Below, in pieces: positions 1 to 8,994 of a stretch of 64,000 nt of DNA. A program made the position numbers and the translations under genes. Source of the stretch: Flavobacterium sp. (GTDB lineage Bacteria; Bacteroidota; Bacteroidia; Flavobacteriales; Flavobacteriaceae); the NCBI GenBank assembly GCA_029946065.1, contig JAQSDU010000004.1, forward strand, positions 35,201 to 99,200, in the 5' to 3' direction. The notes under the pieces are model-generated. The model ran no database searches. It was not told the DNA's origin and saw only the letters and a list, made by a program, of their open reading frames with translations. Every line of letters starts with the position of its first letter. Position 1 is the stretch's first letter.

Positions 1-707
1 TTTTGGAGTAAAATATAATTGTTGATGTAATTGATTTCGCGGTCAAGGGCAATACTGTCGTTGTTGGCATTATCCAGGATATACCGCATCAATTCCGACA
101 ATTGTATAATGGCATCGGCAGTTCTATCGTCTTTTACAATCGCCAGCGAATAAATACTGTTGAGCGTATTGAACAGAAAATGTGGATTGATTTGTGCTTT
201 CAGAAAAGAAAGTTCCGCCTCTGTTTTTTCAATTTCTGCTTTTTGAAGTCTTCTTGTGCTCGCTAAAAAAAGACTGGTAATAATCCCAACGATATATATC
301 AAAATAGTGTGCTGGTATTGTGACGGATTTCCCGGAAAGGCTTCCCCTGTTGGCGTCTGGTTGCTCATTTCGATTGGTGAGCCGTGTGTTTTTTCGGGAG
401 TAAAAAGTACATTAAACGGTTGATCGAATATGTTCGAAAACCATAGAAAAAAAAACATAGAACCAAAAACGATACTGAAATAAATGATTCTTTTTTTATT
501 AAAATACAACCGTGGAATCAGCATGTAATAATTCAAATAGAAAAACACGAGCAGCATAAAATAAATCTCGAAGTAAGTTCTGTCGTGTCCGTTATTAAAA
601 TTGGGAAGCCTTAGAATGCTGCCCGTAGCAGTAAATATATAAGGCAAGAGCAGAAAAGCGATACTAAGTACAACCAGCGTGGCATAATAACTGACTTTTT
701 TTTTCAT
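1..707 (-). CDS. LytS/YehU-type sensor histidine kinase, N-terminal part (gene runs off the left edge)
   Basis: Own reverse-strand translation from ATG at 707..705 gives MKKKVSYYATLVVLSIAFLLLPYIF... with hydrophobic segments. It then reads AELSFLKAQINPHFLFNTLNSIYSLA, the phospho-acceptor signature of the LytS-type His_kinase family. It is missing from the ORF track only because it is open to the window edge. Confidence 0.8.
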   Translation of the reverse strand, partial: MKKKVSYYATLVVLSIAFLLLPYIFTATGSILRLPNFNNGHDRTYFEIYFMLLVFFYLNYYMLIPRLYFNKKRIIYFSIVFGSMFFFLWFSNIFDQPFNVLFTPEKTHGSPIEMSNQTPTGEAFPGNPSQYQHTILIYIVGIITSLFLASTRRLQKAEIEKTEAELSFLKAQINPHFLFNTLNSIYSLAIVKDDRTADAIIQLSELMRYILDNANNDSIALDREINYINNYILLQ

Positions 708-825
708 AGCGGTTTACTAAAACGATCTAAATGTAGGTTTCCTTAAAGCGAAGTTAAAATAATTGCGGTAAAAAGAAAGTTTTTGAGGGTGAGGCAGCAG
801 CATAATAAAAATCAACCCATTGGTG

Positions 826-860
826 ATTGAACTTGATTTTTGAAATTGAACTTGATTTTT
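826..860. repeat. Perfect direct repeat ATTGAACTTGATTTTT x2 (826..841 and 845..860), 19-bp period
   Basis: Read directly from the sequence. It lies in the divergent intergenic region between the LytS-type kinase and holB. Confidence 0.9.
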
Positions 861-877
861 ATTACGACTATAACTGC

Positions 878-885
878 TATATTTG
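878..885 (+). promoter_or_regulatory. Candidate Bacteroidota -7 box TATATTTG
   Basis: Matches the TAnnTTTG consensus. It ends only 3 nt before ATG 889, so the mRNA is leaderless or this is not the functional box. Confidence 0.3.
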
Positions 886-888
886 CGG

Positions 889-2037
889 ATGCAGTTTTCT
901 GAAATTTTAGGACAGGATTACATCAAAAACCATCTGGTCAGAAGCGCCGCATCGGGACGTATTCCGCATGCACAGTTGTTTGTCGGGCCGGAGGGAAGTG
1001 GTACTTTGCCGTTGGCTATTGCTTATGCGCAGTATATTTTGTGCCAAAATTCAGGCAACGAAAATACTGGCGGCAATGACTCCTGCAACCTAAAATTTGA
1101 TAATATTTCGCATCCCGATTTGCATTTCATCTATCCGACTGTTACGACCGAAGATGTCAAAACCAAGCCCAAAAGCATCGATTTTATTGCTGATTGGCGC
1201 AATTTCGTGAAAGAGAATCCTTATGGAAGTCTGTTTGGTTGGTACCGGATGCTCGGCGTACAAAACAAACAAGGTGAAATTCGCGTTGATGATGCACAAG
1301 AGATTCTGAAATCGCTCGCCCTAAAATCCTACGAAGGCGGTTACAAGATCATGATCATCTGGATGGCGGATAAAATGAATATCGCTGCCTCCAATAAACT
1401 ACTAAAACTGCTCGAAGAACCTTCAGACAAAACACTTTTTATACTCATTTCTGAAAACGAAGAAGACATCATACAAACCATCCGTTCGCGCTGTCAGGTT
1501 ATTAATTTTAATGGTTTGAGCGAAAAAATTATCGCCGATGCGCTTATTTCACGTGAAAATATAGAGCCGCGAATGGCTGCAAAAATCGCTCACCAGTCAC
1601 AAGGCAATTACAATAAAGCTTTGCATCTTTTGCAGGAAGACAGCGAGGATGCCTACTTTGAAAAGTGGTTCGTCGATTGGGTTCGTGCTGCTTTTCGGGC
1701 GAAAGGAAATGCCGCTGCTATTCAGGATCTGATTCACTGGAGCGAGCAGATTGCAGGCCTTGGACGCGAAACGCAAAAGCAATTTTTGCATTTCTGTATC
1801 GATATGTTCCGCCAGGCGTTGCTGCTGAATTACCAAACCACGAGTCTCGTGTTCATGGAGCCGAAAGTTGAAAAATTCAAGCTGGAGAATTTTGCGCCAT
1901 TTGTGAACGGCAACAATATCAACGAAATCTTCAAGGAGCTTTCCGATGCAATGTACCACATCGAACGCAACGGTAATGCGAAGATTGTGTTGACCGATTT
2001 ATCCATAAAACTGACCCGTTTAATTCATAAAAAATAA
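889..2037 (+). CDS. holB: DNA polymerase III subunit delta-prime (AAA+ clamp-loader protein)
   Basis: ORF 883..2037. It has the HAQLFVGPEGSGTLPLAIAYAQYIL P-loop-like segment, KIMIIWMADKMN, and the IRSRCQVINF sensor (SRC) motif typical of the delta-prime/gamma-tau family. ATG 889 is preferred over TTG 883. Confidence 0.8.
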   Translation: MQFSEILGQDYIKNHLVRSAASGRIPHAQLFVGPEGSGTLPLAIAYAQYILCQNSGNENTGGNDSCNLKFDNISHPDLHFIYPTVTTEDVKTKPKSIDFIADWRNFVKENPYGSLFGWYRMLGVQNKQGEIRVDDAQEILKSLALKSYEGGYKIMIIWMADKMNIAASNKLLKLLEEPSDKTLFILISENEEDIIQTIRSRCQVINFNGLSEKIIADALISRENIEPRMAAKIAHQSQGNYNKALHLLQEDSEDAYFEKWFVDWVRAAFRAKGNAAAIQDLIHWSEQIAGLGRETQKQFLHFCIDMFRQALLLNYQTTSLVFMEPKVEKFKLENFAPFVNGNNINEIFKELSDAMYHIERNGNAKIVLTDLSIKLTRLIHKK

Positions 2038-2041
2038 AATT

Positions 2042-2425
2042 ATGTTCAATATTGCTTCCCTTTTAGTACTTGTTTTACTTGCCGTTACGTTCATACAATC
2101 TGGTTATGATAAGATCATGTACTGGAAAGACAATGTAGGTTGGCTGAAAGGTCATTTTGCTAATACGCCCATTAAAGATATGGTGCCGGCATCGTTGGGA
2201 TTAATTCTTGTTTTGGAAATGATTTCGGGTGTTTTATGCCTTTGTGGTATTGTACAGCTTTTGGTTAATAATCAAAAAACATTCGGACTGTATGGCGCGA
2301 TTTTCTCGGCAATTACTTTAATTTTCCTTTTGATCGGCCAACGAATGGCAAAGGATTATGATGGCGCACGAACAATTGTAATTTATTTTATTCCGGCGGT
2401 GATGGCGGTTTTTTGGTTGAATTGA
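2042..2425 (+). CDS. DoxX-like small integral membrane protein
   Basis: 127 aa with four hydrophobic segments and an N-terminus ...FIQSGYDKI... like the DoxX family. It starts 4 nt after the holB stop and ends with a TGA stop at 2423..2425. Confidence 0.5.
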   Translation: MFNIASLLVLVLLAVTFIQSGYDKIMYWKDNVGWLKGHFANTPIKDMVPASLGLILVLEMISGVLCLCGIVQLLVNNQKTFGLYGAIFSAITLIFLLIGQRMAKDYDGARTIVIYFIPAVMAVFWLN

Positions 2426-2435
2426 TTTTTTTGAG

Positions 2436-2520
2436 CCGCTTCGCTTTTGGATTTTCAGACCGCCTTCGGCTTTTAGACCGCTACACTTTTGGAAACGCCT
2501 TCCGCTTTGGATTTTTTGAT
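2436..2520. repeat. Degenerate tandem array of 18-24 bp units
   Basis: The units read CCGCTTCGCTTTTGGATTTTCAGA / CCGCCTTCGGCTTTTAGA / CCGCTACACTTTTGGAAA / CGCCTTCCGCTTTGGATTTTTT. Read by eye; non-coding. Confidence 0.7.
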
Positions 2521-2737
2521 TTCCCCTCCTTTTGGGCTATCGTAAGCCCATAAATATTTAGATACTATTTCATGGATCTATTTTGATTTCCGGCCAACCT
2601 CAGTTGCCAGGCGTATAATGGGACACTATTAACTGTGTGATTTCGTCTTTCAAACCTCGGGCAATGTATTACGGCAATTGTTGTAACATTTCAGGAAAGA
2701 TTATTACTAACTTTGATAACCCCTTCAAAACCAACAC

Positions 2738-3895
2738 ATGAAAAAAATATCAAGACGCTCGTTTGTAAATAAATTCAGCTTAGGGGTTGGCGCGACCATC
2801 GCCATAACTTCACTACCCGCATTTATGACCCGCACCGAAAATTTGAAAGCCCCTTATACCGGAAAGAAGTTGAATGTAGCGTTGTGCGGATTAGGTGTTT
2901 ACTCGGCATTGCTCGCCGAAGGCCTTGCTGTTTCTGAATATTGCCAGCTCGCCGGAATCGTAACCGGCACACCCGAAAAGGCTGAAAAATGAAAAAAACA
3001 ATACAACATTCCGGATGCGAATATTTACAATTATGAGAACTTCGATGCTATTGCCAAAAACAAAAATATTGATCTTGTATATGTCGTATTGCCGAATGGT
3101 CTGCACAAAGAATTCGTAATCCGTTCGGCGAAGGCCGGAAAGCATGTGATCACCGAAAAACCAATGGCAATAACGGTAAAGGATTGTGAAGAAATGATAA
3201 GAGCTTGTAATGACAATAATGTACATCTTGCGGTGGGTTACCGCCTGCATTACAACCCGACGCATATTGAGCTTCAGCGTTTGGGACAGCAAAAAGTACT
3301 TGGACAAGTGCGCTACATCGAGGCATCGCTGGGCTACAAAACTTACGACACGCTTGATAAAACTACCGTGGTCGACAAAAACAGCCGGACCGAATGGCGA
3401 CTGAATAAAAAACTTTCCGGAGGCGGCCCGCTGATGGATCTTGGGATTTACTGCATCCAGGCCAGCAGGTATATCCTTGGGGAAGAACCGGTTGCCGTTA
3501 CGGCGCAATATGGTCCCGTTAACGATAAAATCAGGTTCTCAGAAACTGAAGAAACGATTTTGTGGCAAATGGAATTCAAAAGCGGCGCGGTTGCCAACTG
3601 CAGCTCATCGGTAGGTTTTTACACCGACAGACTTTACGCTACTGCAGATGAAGGATGGTTTGCGCTTAGTCCGGCTCTTAGTTATGGCCCATTTGAAGGC
3701 AAAACCTCAGCAAGGCCTTTAGAATTCCCGCACCCTAATCCGCAGCAGGCGCAAATGGATGGGATTGGCAAAGTACTACTTGAAGGCGGGAAACTTCCTG
3801 ACCATATAACCGGAGGCGAAGGATTGAAAGATATCAGGATAATCAATGCGATTTATAAAGCCGCAAATAGTGGGAAACGGGTTGTTATTGGTTAA
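2738..3895 (+). pseudogene. Gfo/Idh/MocA-family oxidoreductase with twin-arginine signal, interrupted by an in-frame TGA at 2990..2992
   Basis: ORFs 2738..2992 and 3089..3895 are in the same frame. Reading through the TGA gives ...[67 protein letters not shown], a continuous Rossmann N-terminus. MKKISRRSFVNKFSLGVGATIA is a TAT signal. Confidence 0.8.
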
Positions 3896-3961
3896 ACCGG
3901 CTGCGGCGTTGGACACGCTTCGCTTTTTGATTAACAACCTTGTTGTATCGGCGTCAGTTCG

Positions 3962-3977
3962 TCCCGAAGCTTCGGGA
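3962..3977. other. Perfect 16-bp palindrome TCCCGAAGCTTCGGGA (hairpin without T-run)
   Basis: Read directly. It lies 67 nt downstream of the oxidoreductase stop. No U-tract follows, so it is a weak terminator candidate only. Confidence 0.3.
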
Positions 3978-4000
3978 GCCTAAAGATTTGCAATGGCTAA

Positions 4001-5146
4001 TGTTTAAAGTATCGAAGAGCTTGTGAAAAGCTATTACACAAAAATGCACAAAGATTCACGACTACCGCTGCTGACTATATTGGTGAATTTACAGGAAAAC
4101 CAAACAGCGGTGACCTTCAGGTTCCGGTGAATCTTATGGCCGCTCCGGGACAAGGGTTTAACCTTATCGGGAACCCCTATCCTTCTGCAATCAGCGCAAC
4201 TGCTTTCTTTGCTACCAATCCTACCATCACGACACTTTATTTTTGGACGCACACCGTTCAGGGTGCTGCTCCGGGTGCCAACTATGCCAGTTATAATGCA
4301 ACAGGTGGTACGGCTGCTTCTACGACAACTCCGGCAAGCGCAACACCAAACGGAACCATTCTTTCAGACCAGGGCTTTTTGGCTAAAACAACAGCCTCAG
4401 GAAATGTAGTATTCAACAACGGTATGCGTACGGGCAACAACGGTGCAACATTCTTCAGGAATGCTACCGTGGAACAAAACCGCATCTGGATCAATTTGAA
4501 TTCGGCAGAAGAAGGCATGAACCAGATGCTTGTCGGATACATCGACGGCGCTACTGATGCTGTTGACGGACGTTACGACGGTAAATTAATTGAAAACAGC
4601 GGCAGCAAGATTTACAGCGTACTCAACGACGAGCAATATATTATTCAAGGGAAAGCACTGCCTTTTGCCAATACTGATGTGGTGCCATTAGGATTTATGG
4701 CTAGTGTTGCAGGTACGTATTCGCTTTCTATTGATCATGTTGACGGTTTGTTTGCGGATGACCAGATCATCTACATTGAAGATTTACTAATGAATGTAAC
4801 ACACAATATCAAGGAAAGCGTTTACAGCTTTACGTCAGAAGCGGGGACTTTCAATAACCGTTTCCGTGTGGTATATCAGGATACAATGTTGCATGTGGAT
4901 ACACCAACATTTGATCAGAATTCAGTTGTTATTTTTAACCAGAATAGTGTTTTAAACATCAATTCAGGAAGTACCGTTATGCAGGAAGTGAAAATCTTCG
5001 ACATGCGCGGAAGGCTGATTTATAAGAAAGTCGGTATTAACAGCGCTGTTACATCTTTGAATGACTTTAGGATGGAACGCGATGTAATACTCATCCAAAT
5101 CACTACCGCCGACGGCAGTACCGTTACTAAGAAATTTGTGTACTAA
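4001..5146 (+). pseudogene. 5'-truncated remnant of a T9SS-secreted protein (C-terminal sorting domain retained, no signal peptide)
   Basis: The frame is open from 4001, just after TAA 3998..4000. It already reads like mid-protein sequence (..TTAADYIGEFTGKPNSGDLQVPVNLMAAPGQGFNLIGNPYPSAI..). The first possible starts are GTG 4127 and ATG 4136. The C-terminus VKIFDMRGRLIYKK...ILIQITTADGSTVTKKFVY is a T9SS CTD-like beta-sandwich. Confidence 0.55.
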
Positions 5147-5176
5147 TACAGGTTTATAATTAATTAATAATATTAA

Positions 5177-5210
5177 AACCCTCCCTTATCCAAGGAGGGT
5201 TTTTGCTTTT
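5177..5210. terminator. Bidirectional rho-independent terminator
   Basis: Stem AACCCTCC (5177..5184) pairs with GGAGGGTT (5194..5201) and is followed by TTTTGCTTTTT. It sits between convergent genes. Confidence 0.7.
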
Positions 5211-5297
5211 TAGGGGTAATTGTTTCGAGAAGTAGCACGAAGATTTGAGATTTATGGGAGCGCCTAAAAAGTGAATCTTGCCATAGTACGACACTCT

Positions 5298-6473
5298 TTA
5301 TTGCTGTTCCGCAGGAATGTATATATCAAATATGCTTCCAACACCCAATCTGCCGGTGGCTTTAATAATTCCGTTATGATTATCGACAATTTTTTTTACT
5401 ATTGTAAGCCCTATTCCGGTGCCTTCATAGCTTTGTTTGTCGTGCAAACGTTGGAAAATTTCGAAAATTTTATCTTTGTATTCAGGCTCAAATCCAATGC
5501 CGTTATCTGCAACGCTAATATGATAATAATCGATTTTCATTGGAGATTTTTTACTATTTAAAGCCTCATATTTAATGTACTCGCTTTTTATAATAATATG
5601 CGGTGCAAGCTCAGCTTTGGAGAATTTTAGGGAATTAGCGATAAGGTTTTGCAACAGTTGCCGAAATTGAAACGGAATAACATTGACATCACATAATTTA
5701 TCTATTTCGACAGTTGCGTTTTTTTCTTGCAACTCCTGTTTTAATGCGGTCATTACTTCTCTAATGATTTTATTGAGATCGCTGTTTTCAAATTTTCGCT
5801 CCGTTGCAGTGGTGCGTGAATAGGCTAATAAATCGTTTATTAATGTTTGCATCCGCAAAGCCGAAAAACGTGTGCGTTCAAAATAATATTTTCCTTTTGA
5901 GGATAAATTTTCATACTCTTCGGTAAGAATACGTCCGGAAAAAGCTTGTATTTTTCTCAAAGGCTCTTGCAAATCATGGCTTGAAATAAAGGCAAATGAC
6001 TCTAATTCTTTATTAGCAATAAGTAACTCTGCAGCGCGTTTCTCTTTTTCTTTGTTTTGAAAAACCAGTTCATTATTAGCAATGACCAGTTCTGCAGCGC
6101 GTTTTTCTTTTTCCTGGTTTTGAAAAACAAGCTCTTTATTGGCAATGACCAGTTCTGCAGCGCGTTTTTCTTTTTCCTGGTTTTGAAAAACAAGCTCTTT
6201 ATTGGCAATGACCAATTCTGCGGCGCGTTTTTCTTTTTCCTGATTTTGAAAAGCAAGTTCGTTATTGGCAATGACCAATTCCGCAGCGCGTTGTTCTTTT
6301 TCCTGGTTTTGAAAAGCAAGTTCGTTATTGGCAATTACCAATTCTGCAGCACGTTTTTCTTTTTCCTGATTTTGAAAAGCCAGTTCCCTATTCGCAATAA
6401 TTAACGCCGCATGACTATCCTTCTCTTCGTTTTGAATAGTGGCTTTATCAGTAATGCTGGGTTTTTTTGGCAT
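5298..6473 (-). CDS. Cytoplasmic histidine kinase: repeat-built coiled coil fused directly to HisKA + HATPase_c
   Basis: 391 aa with no TM or sensor domain recognised. It has 6.5 copies of the 21-aa unit L(V/I)IAN(K/N)EL(A/V)FQNQEKEKRAAE, then the H-box FISSHDLQEPLRKI. The N/G boxes are LIANSLKF, DNGIGF and GTGIGL. Confidence 0.85.
   Translation of the reverse strand: MPKKPSITDKATIQNEEKDSHAALIIANRELAFQNQEKEKRAAELVIANNELAFQNQEKEQRAAELVIANNELAFQNQEKEKRAAELVIANKELVFQNQEKEKRAAELVIANKELVFQNQEKEKRAAELVIANNELVFQNKEKEKRAAELLIANKELESFAFISSHDLQEPLRKIQAFSGRILTEEYENLSSKGKYYFERTRFSALRMQTLINDLLAYSRTTATERKFENSDLNKIIREVMTALKQELQEKNATVEIDKLCDVNVIPFQFRQLLQNLIANSLKFSKAELAPHIIIKSEYIKYEALNSKKSPMKIDYYHISVADNGIGFEPEYKDKIFEIFQRLHDKQSYEGTGIGLTIVKKIVDNHNGIIKATGRLGVGSIFDIYIPAEQQ
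5994..6440 (-). repeat. 63-bp tandem repeat, about 6.5-7 copies, coding (inside the kinase gene)
   Basis: The pattern shifts 3 nt per 60-nt line, which gives a 63-bp period. Adjacent copies are nearly identical, e.g. TTTATTGGCAATGACCAGTTCTGCAGCGCGTTTTTCTTTTTCCTGGTTTTGAAAAACAAGCTC. Confidence 0.9.
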
Positions 6474-6625
6474 TTTTATCTCGGATAATAATCAAAGATA
6501 CTGTTTTAATTTTCGAAACGAACATCTTGTACCATTAGCAAATTTAGTGGCGTAAGGAATGCCTTATGAAAATCGAACGCAACTACATTCCGATAGGAGA
6601 TTCTAAGTGACCTTCACCCAACAAA

Positions 6626-8893
6626 CTATGCCAAACTCGCCTTGAACAGCTTCAACTCGTCCCATGTAAATCGATCGCCATATTGCTCTTTGATACCATT
6701 GAGCGATTCCTCTTTATAATCACGAAAAGCCTCGGCGAGTTCCAGAATCTTGTCTTCTGCCAAAATATCAGAAATTCTTATGGTTCCGGCTTCAATCAAC
6801 TTGGCAAAGTGGCCAGAAATGGTTTGCGGTGTAAGTTTGCGAATGCCCGCAATTTCTTTAATGGAGTTGTTTTGCTGCCACAATTCAAATGTTTCCAGAA
6901 CAGTTGATTTCTTCGGTTCTTTGGTTTTTTTTGTTTTGGTATAGCGATTGGCATCTGCTTCGTCTTCAATCAAAGTGATGTTTTCGGCTTTAAATTTCGA
7001 GCGGATGGTTTCGAGTTTTTTGTTTTTATAAAATTTTATCGCTTCAGAATTAAGGTTTTCCTTGGCGATTTCTTTTCCGGAAACTACGGCTTCAACCAGT
7101 AATTTAGCTTTCATCATACGTTGAACAGCGCGGACTTGGAGTTCTTCGAGGGTAATCAGCTCATCATAAAACGCTTTTGCTTTTTTCATGCGCATTACTT
7201 CCTCGATTTTCCAGAGCAACTCAAAAACGAGATTGTCCATCGGTTGCAAGAAATAATTGAAAGCGGCGCTGATTCTTTCGGAAATATGCGCCATATCAAA
7301 ATTGTCTTCATTAAAAAGCTTCTGCAGTTGCCAGATGAATTTCCCTGCAGGATCGGACAGCGAATCCATCATTTCCGACTGACTTTTTGCCCAAAGCGCA
7401 TACTTCGATTTTTCGGATCGCTCCGAATCTTCGCCGTAACTAAACCGATGGTTGCGCCATTCTTGTGCCAAATCTGTCCAGTCGAAGCTGTTTTTCAGGT
7501 AGTTGAGGATGAAATTTTTGGTTTCGTGTACGAGTGAATCCTCGAGTATTTCATCGGTGGCTTTGTTTAACGCATAATCCATCACATCTTGGTCATTAGA
7601 AATACCGTTCATGCGCAGCGGAGAAAGCAAAATAAGCCCGTTTAAGGAGCGCAAACGCGACAAAGCAACATAGGCTTGTCCGGGAAGAAAAACTTGCGAA
7701 ACATCGAGCGCGGCTTTATCGAATGTCAGCCCTTGGCTTTTGTGAACGGTAATCGCCCAAGCGAGTTTTATAGGATAATGCACAAATGTTCCTAAAACTT
7801 CTTCGGAAATTTCCTTGGTAAGGCTATCAACATTGTAGCGAATGTTCTGCCATTCGTATTTATCGACTTCAATTGTAAGGTTTTCATCGGGAAAATGCAC
7901 AAGAATTTCCCTTTCGGAAAGCGATTTGATAAAACCCATCTTGCCGTTAAAATAGTGTTTTTCTTGCGACGAATCATTCTTGATGAACATGATCTGAGCG
8001 CCGATTTTGAGTTCGAGCTTTTCTTCTACCGGATAAATTTTATCTGGAAAATCATCAACAATTTCGGCCTTATAAACCATTGATTTTCCTTCCAATTCGC
8101 GCAAAGCGGTAGCATTAATTTCGTCGGCTTTGGCGTTGTGTGTTGTTAGTGTGATGTAGCCTTTGTTGGCTTTGAGGTCGAAATTTGGTTTTACATATTG
8201 ATTCAGAACAGTGACATCTTCGGTGGAAATCTGGTTGTTCCGCAAATTATTGAGTATTGCAATAAACTGGTTGTCAGTTTGCCTGAAAATCTTAGATAAT
8301 TCAATATAAAGCGGTGGATTTTGCTGGATGACATGGGCATGGAAAAAGAACTTTCCTTTATAGTAATTCCGCAAAGTACGCCATTCTTCGTCTTTGATGA
8401 CCGGTGGCAATTGCAGCAAATCCCCAATAAAAAGCACTTGCACTCCACCGAAAGGCTGTTTCTTTTTTCGAACGCTTTGCAACATAAAATCGATGGCATC
8501 GAGCAGGTCGGCACGCAGCATACTGACTTCGTCAATAATGAGCAATTCCATGTTTTGGATGACGGCTTTTTTCTGTCCGCTCATGCGGAAATGACGGCGC
8601 AGCGTATGACTATTTTCAAATTTTATGGTTTCGGAAAAGTGGGAATCGGCATTGTTTCCGGGAATAAATCCGGCAAACGGCAACTGGAACATCGAATGAA
8701 CGGTTACGCCACCGGCATTCAAAGCGGCAATTCCTGTGGGAGCAACTACAACTGTATTTTTGTGTGTCGTTCGGATGATTTCGCGCAAAAGCGTTGTCTT
8801 TCCGGTGCCCGCCTTCCCTGTAAGGAAAATCGAGCGATGTGTTTGATTGATGAATCGAAGGGTATAGGATGCGGCTTCGGTAATAGTTTCCAT
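6626..8893 (-). CDS. Pif1/RecD-like AAA+ DNA helicase with C-terminal helix-turn-helix domain
   Basis: 755 aa. Walker A is FLTGKAGTGKTTLL, Walker B is LLIIDEVSM, and helicase motifs include GDLLQLPPV and ITVHKSQGLTF. The C-terminal IKEIAGIRKLTPQTISGHFAKLIEAG is HTH-like. Confidence 0.8.
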   Translation of the reverse strand: METITEAASYTLRFINQTHRSIFLTGKAGTGKTTLLREIIRTTHKNTVVVAPTGIAALNAGGVTVHSMFQLPFAGFIPGNNADSHFSETIKFENSHTLRRHFRMSGQKKAVIQNMELLIIDEVSMLRADLLDAIDFMLQSVRKKKQPFGGVQVLFIGDLLQLPPVIKDEEWRTLRNYYKGKFFFHAHVIQQNPPLYIELSKIFRQTDNQFIAILNNLRNNQISTEDVTVLNQYVKPNFDLKANKGYITLTTHNAKADEINATALRELEGKSMVYKAEIVDDFPDKIYPVEEKLELKIGAQIMFIKNDSSQEKHYFNGKMGFIKSLSEREILVHFPDENLTIEVDKYEWQNIRYNVDSLTKEISEEVLGTFVHYPIKLAWAITVHKSQGLTFDKAALDVSQVFLPGQAYVALSRLRSLNGLILLSPLRMNGISNDQDVMDYALNKATDEILEDSLVHETKNFILNYLKNSFDWTDLAQEWRNHRFSYGEDSERSEKSKYALWAKSQSEMMDSLSDPAGKFIWQLQKLFNEDNFDMAHISERISAAFNYFLQPMDNLVFELLWKIEEVMRMKKAKAFYDELITLEELQVRAVQRMMKAKLLVEAVVSGKEIAKENLNSEAIKFYKNKKLETIRSKFKAENITLIEDEADANRYTKTKKTKEPKKSTVLETFELWQQNNSIKEIAGIRKLTPQTISGHFAKLIEAGTIRISDILAEDKILELAEAFRDYKEESLNGIKEQYGDRFTWDELKLFKASLA

Positions 8894-8994
8894 GGCGTAT
8901 AGTTTAGGGGATAAAAATAGTGAAAAAAAGTTATTGAGATGTTAGTATTGAGAATTGGGAAACTTACTGTTCCGATGCTAATATCTCAATGCTA

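Noticed and set aside
2990-2992. Idea that TGA is decoded as Trp (alternative genetic code) or selenocysteine
   Set aside because: Several neighbouring genes terminate sensibly at TGA (2423..2425, 36936..36938). I saw no SECIS-like hairpin immediately downstream. Sec in this enzyme family is not expected.
6002-6404. ORFs 6002..6334 (-) and 6057..6404 (+), with repetitive translations (FFFFLVLKNKLFIGNDQFC...)
   Set aside because: They are alternative-frame and antisense readings of the 63-bp coding repeat of the histidine kinase. Only the kinase frame continues into recognisable HisKA/HATPase motifs.
5994-6440. Possible CRISPR array, because of regularly spaced repeats
   Set aside because: The units are contiguous with no unique spacers, the period is 63 bp and in frame, and the array lies inside a well-supported CDS. 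No cas genes are present.
8321-8902. 193-aa plus-strand ORF inside the helicase gene
   Set aside because: It is antisense to the Pif1-like helicase, whose motifs are unambiguous. No motif of its own is present.
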